Below, piece after piece: positions 62,862-64,000 of a stretch of 64,000 nucleotides of DNA. The stretch lies in NCBI GenBank assembly GCA_016785015.1, contig JADHTJ010000007.1:4615-68614 (forward strand), given 5' to 3'. Origin of the DNA: Anaerolineales bacterium (GTDB lineage: Bacteria > Chloroflexota > Anaerolineae > Anaerolineales > UBA11858). The translations under genes were made by a program, and so were the position numbers. The notes under the pieces were generated by a model. The model did no database searches. It worked only from the letters and a program-made list of their open reading frames with translations, and was not told the DNA's origin. How positions within the stretch are numbered: the stretch's first letter is position 1; every line of letters starts with the position of its first letter.

Positions 62862-64000
62862 ATGAAACTTACATCTTTTTGGACTGACGATTACCCTCGC
62901 CCTGACGATCTTCAGGTGGTTGAAGAACTTCCATCTGATACCAAAGTGGCTATCATTGGTGGTGGCTATACTGGACTGAGCGCGGCGCGCACCCTGGCCA
63001 AGAGCGGAGTCTCCGTGACGGTGCTCGAAAGCGAGACCATTGGTTGGGGGGCTTCCTCACGCAATGCCGGCATCACAGGCTGCAGCCTGAAACAGAAATC
63101 GCACAAGATATTTAAAATATATGGTGAAGAATACGGCCACATGTTTTGGGAAATTTCTTTGGATGCCCTGGAATTGATCAAGGAACTCGTTTACGAAGAG
63201 GGGATCGATTGCGATTGGCATCAGAATGGGGATATGTGTGTGTACTATAAACCTTCCCATTATGAAGAGAATCCGGAATGGAAACATTGGCATAAAGACA
63301 CATTGGATCATGAGTTGGAATTAGTCGCGCCTGAAGATCTGCGATCGGTTATTGGCAGTAATGCATATTACGGTGGATTGATCGATGAGCATGGCGCCGA
63401 TTTGCATCCGGCGAAACTGGTTTTTGGAATGGCGGAAGTTGCTGCCAAATACGGCGCCCTCTTATGTGAAAATGCAGCAGTAACCCGAATCGATAAACAA
63501 GCCAACGGATATCTTGTTCATACAGATCGAGGAAGCATACAAGCCGATCACGTTGTTGTTGCCACGAACGGTTATACCGATGGTGTGGTGCGAGGATTAC
63601 GATCCAGGGTCATCCCCGTAGGAAGCTACAGTATAGTCACTGAACCGTTGTCTGAAGAAATACAACAAGAAATCAGCCCGCGAGGTTTGACGTTCTGGGA
63701 TAGTAAATGGTTCTTGAATTATTTCCGCCTGACCCCCGATGGCCGCATGCTTTGGGGTGGTCGCAATAATTTGAGCACCACGCTTGATTTAGTGGGATCA
63801 GCGGAGATCCTGCGAAAAGAGATGGTGCGTGCTTTTCCGCAACTGAGAGATATCCCTGTCACCCATTCCTGGTCTGGTCAGCTTGGCTTGACCTTTGATT
63901 TGATGCCTCATATTGGGACTATCGACGGAATTTACTATGCCTTGGGTAATTGTGGGCATGGCTTGCATACGGCTATCTATCTGGGACGCGAAGTTGCACA
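62862..64000 (+). CDS. FAD-dependent oxidoreductase (DAO family, PuuB/OrdL-like), 3'-truncated by the window end
   Basis: Not in the ORF track because no stop falls in the window. My translation from ATG 62862 reads MKLTSFWTDDYPRP..KVAIIGGGYTGLSAARTLAKSG..GASSRNAG... and stays open to nt 64000. Confidence 0.85.
   Translation, partial: MKLTSFWTDDYPRPDDLQVVEELPSDTKVAIIGGGYTGLSAARTLAKSGVSVTVLESETIGWGASSRNAGITGCSLKQKSHKIFKIYGEEYGHMFWEISLDALELIKELVYEEGIDCDWHQNGDMCVYYKPSHYEENPEWKHWHKDTLDHELELVAPEDLRSVIGSNAYYGGLIDEHGADLHPAKLVFGMAEVAAKYGALLCENAAVTRIDKQANGYLVHTDRGSIQADHVVVATNGYTDGVVRGLRSRVIPVGSYSIVTEPLSEEIQQEISPRGLTFWDSKWFLNYFRLTPDGRMLWGGRNNLSTTLDLVGSAEILRKEMVRAFPQLRDIPVTHSWSGQLGLTFDLMPHIGTIDGIYYALGNCGHGLHTAIYLGREVA

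Noticed and set aside
1-64000. Scan for tRNA/rRNA genes, CRISPR arrays, integrases, transposases, phage structural genes, toxin-antitoxin pairs and known defence-system cores.
   Set aside because: None recognised by eye in any frame. The only defence-flavoured candidate is the truncated DUF4071/TPR/SLOG-like gene, reported as a finding.

Overview
64-kb bacterial chromosomal window. I saw no rRNA, tRNA, CRISPR array, integrase or transposase. The palindromic repeat content and gene content suggest a Chloroflexota-like genome, but this is a low-confidence inference. LEFT THIRD (1-21.9 kb) is a mixed set: a 5'-truncated DUF4071/TPR protein with an unusual C-terminal Rossmann-like domain; a DUF427 gene plus a flavoprotein disulfide reductase; an orphan histidine kinase; a MacB-type ABC exporter; two tandem ABC1/UbiB kinases preceded by two small basic proteins; a PapA5/condensation-like acyltransferase; a triple-FHA ABCG-type exporter; and a stand-alone ACP plus FAAL-like ligase. 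RIGHT TWO THIRDS (22-64 kb) is a very dense methylated-amine/polyamine catabolic island. It holds eight uninterrupted (non-pyrrolysine) MttB-superfamily methyltransferase paralogs but only one corrinoid protein. It also holds two DMGDH/SarDH-like flavoenzymes, three PuuB/DAO-like FAD oxidoreductases (one truncated by the window end), a class-III aminotransferase plus MmsA-type CoA-acylating aldehyde dehydrogenase, two agmatine deiminases plus an N-carbamoylputrescine amidase, a further aldehyde dehydrogenase, an OCD/mu-crystallin protein, a family-5 ABC importer with no ATPase gene, an MFS transporter, a Cys-rich CWC protein and three Lrp/AsnC regulators. The most interesting candidates for undescribed biology are two operons. 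The first is (-) aminotransferase-mmsA-mttB-like-DMGDH-like, whose parts fit a complete route for a beta-alanine-betaine-type substrate. The second is (+) mttB-mttB-aguA-aguA-aguB-mttB-mttB-aldh, where a guanidino-amine module sits inside a corrinoid methyltransferase operon. Intergenic regions carry at least four families of palindromic or MITE-like repeats. Two of these appear to have intruded into coding sequence: the aguA C-terminal tail and an in-frame insertion in aguB. An Avd-like four-helix-bundle cassette flanked by inverted repeats is also present. All functional calls come from motif recognition by eye, and no database search was run.
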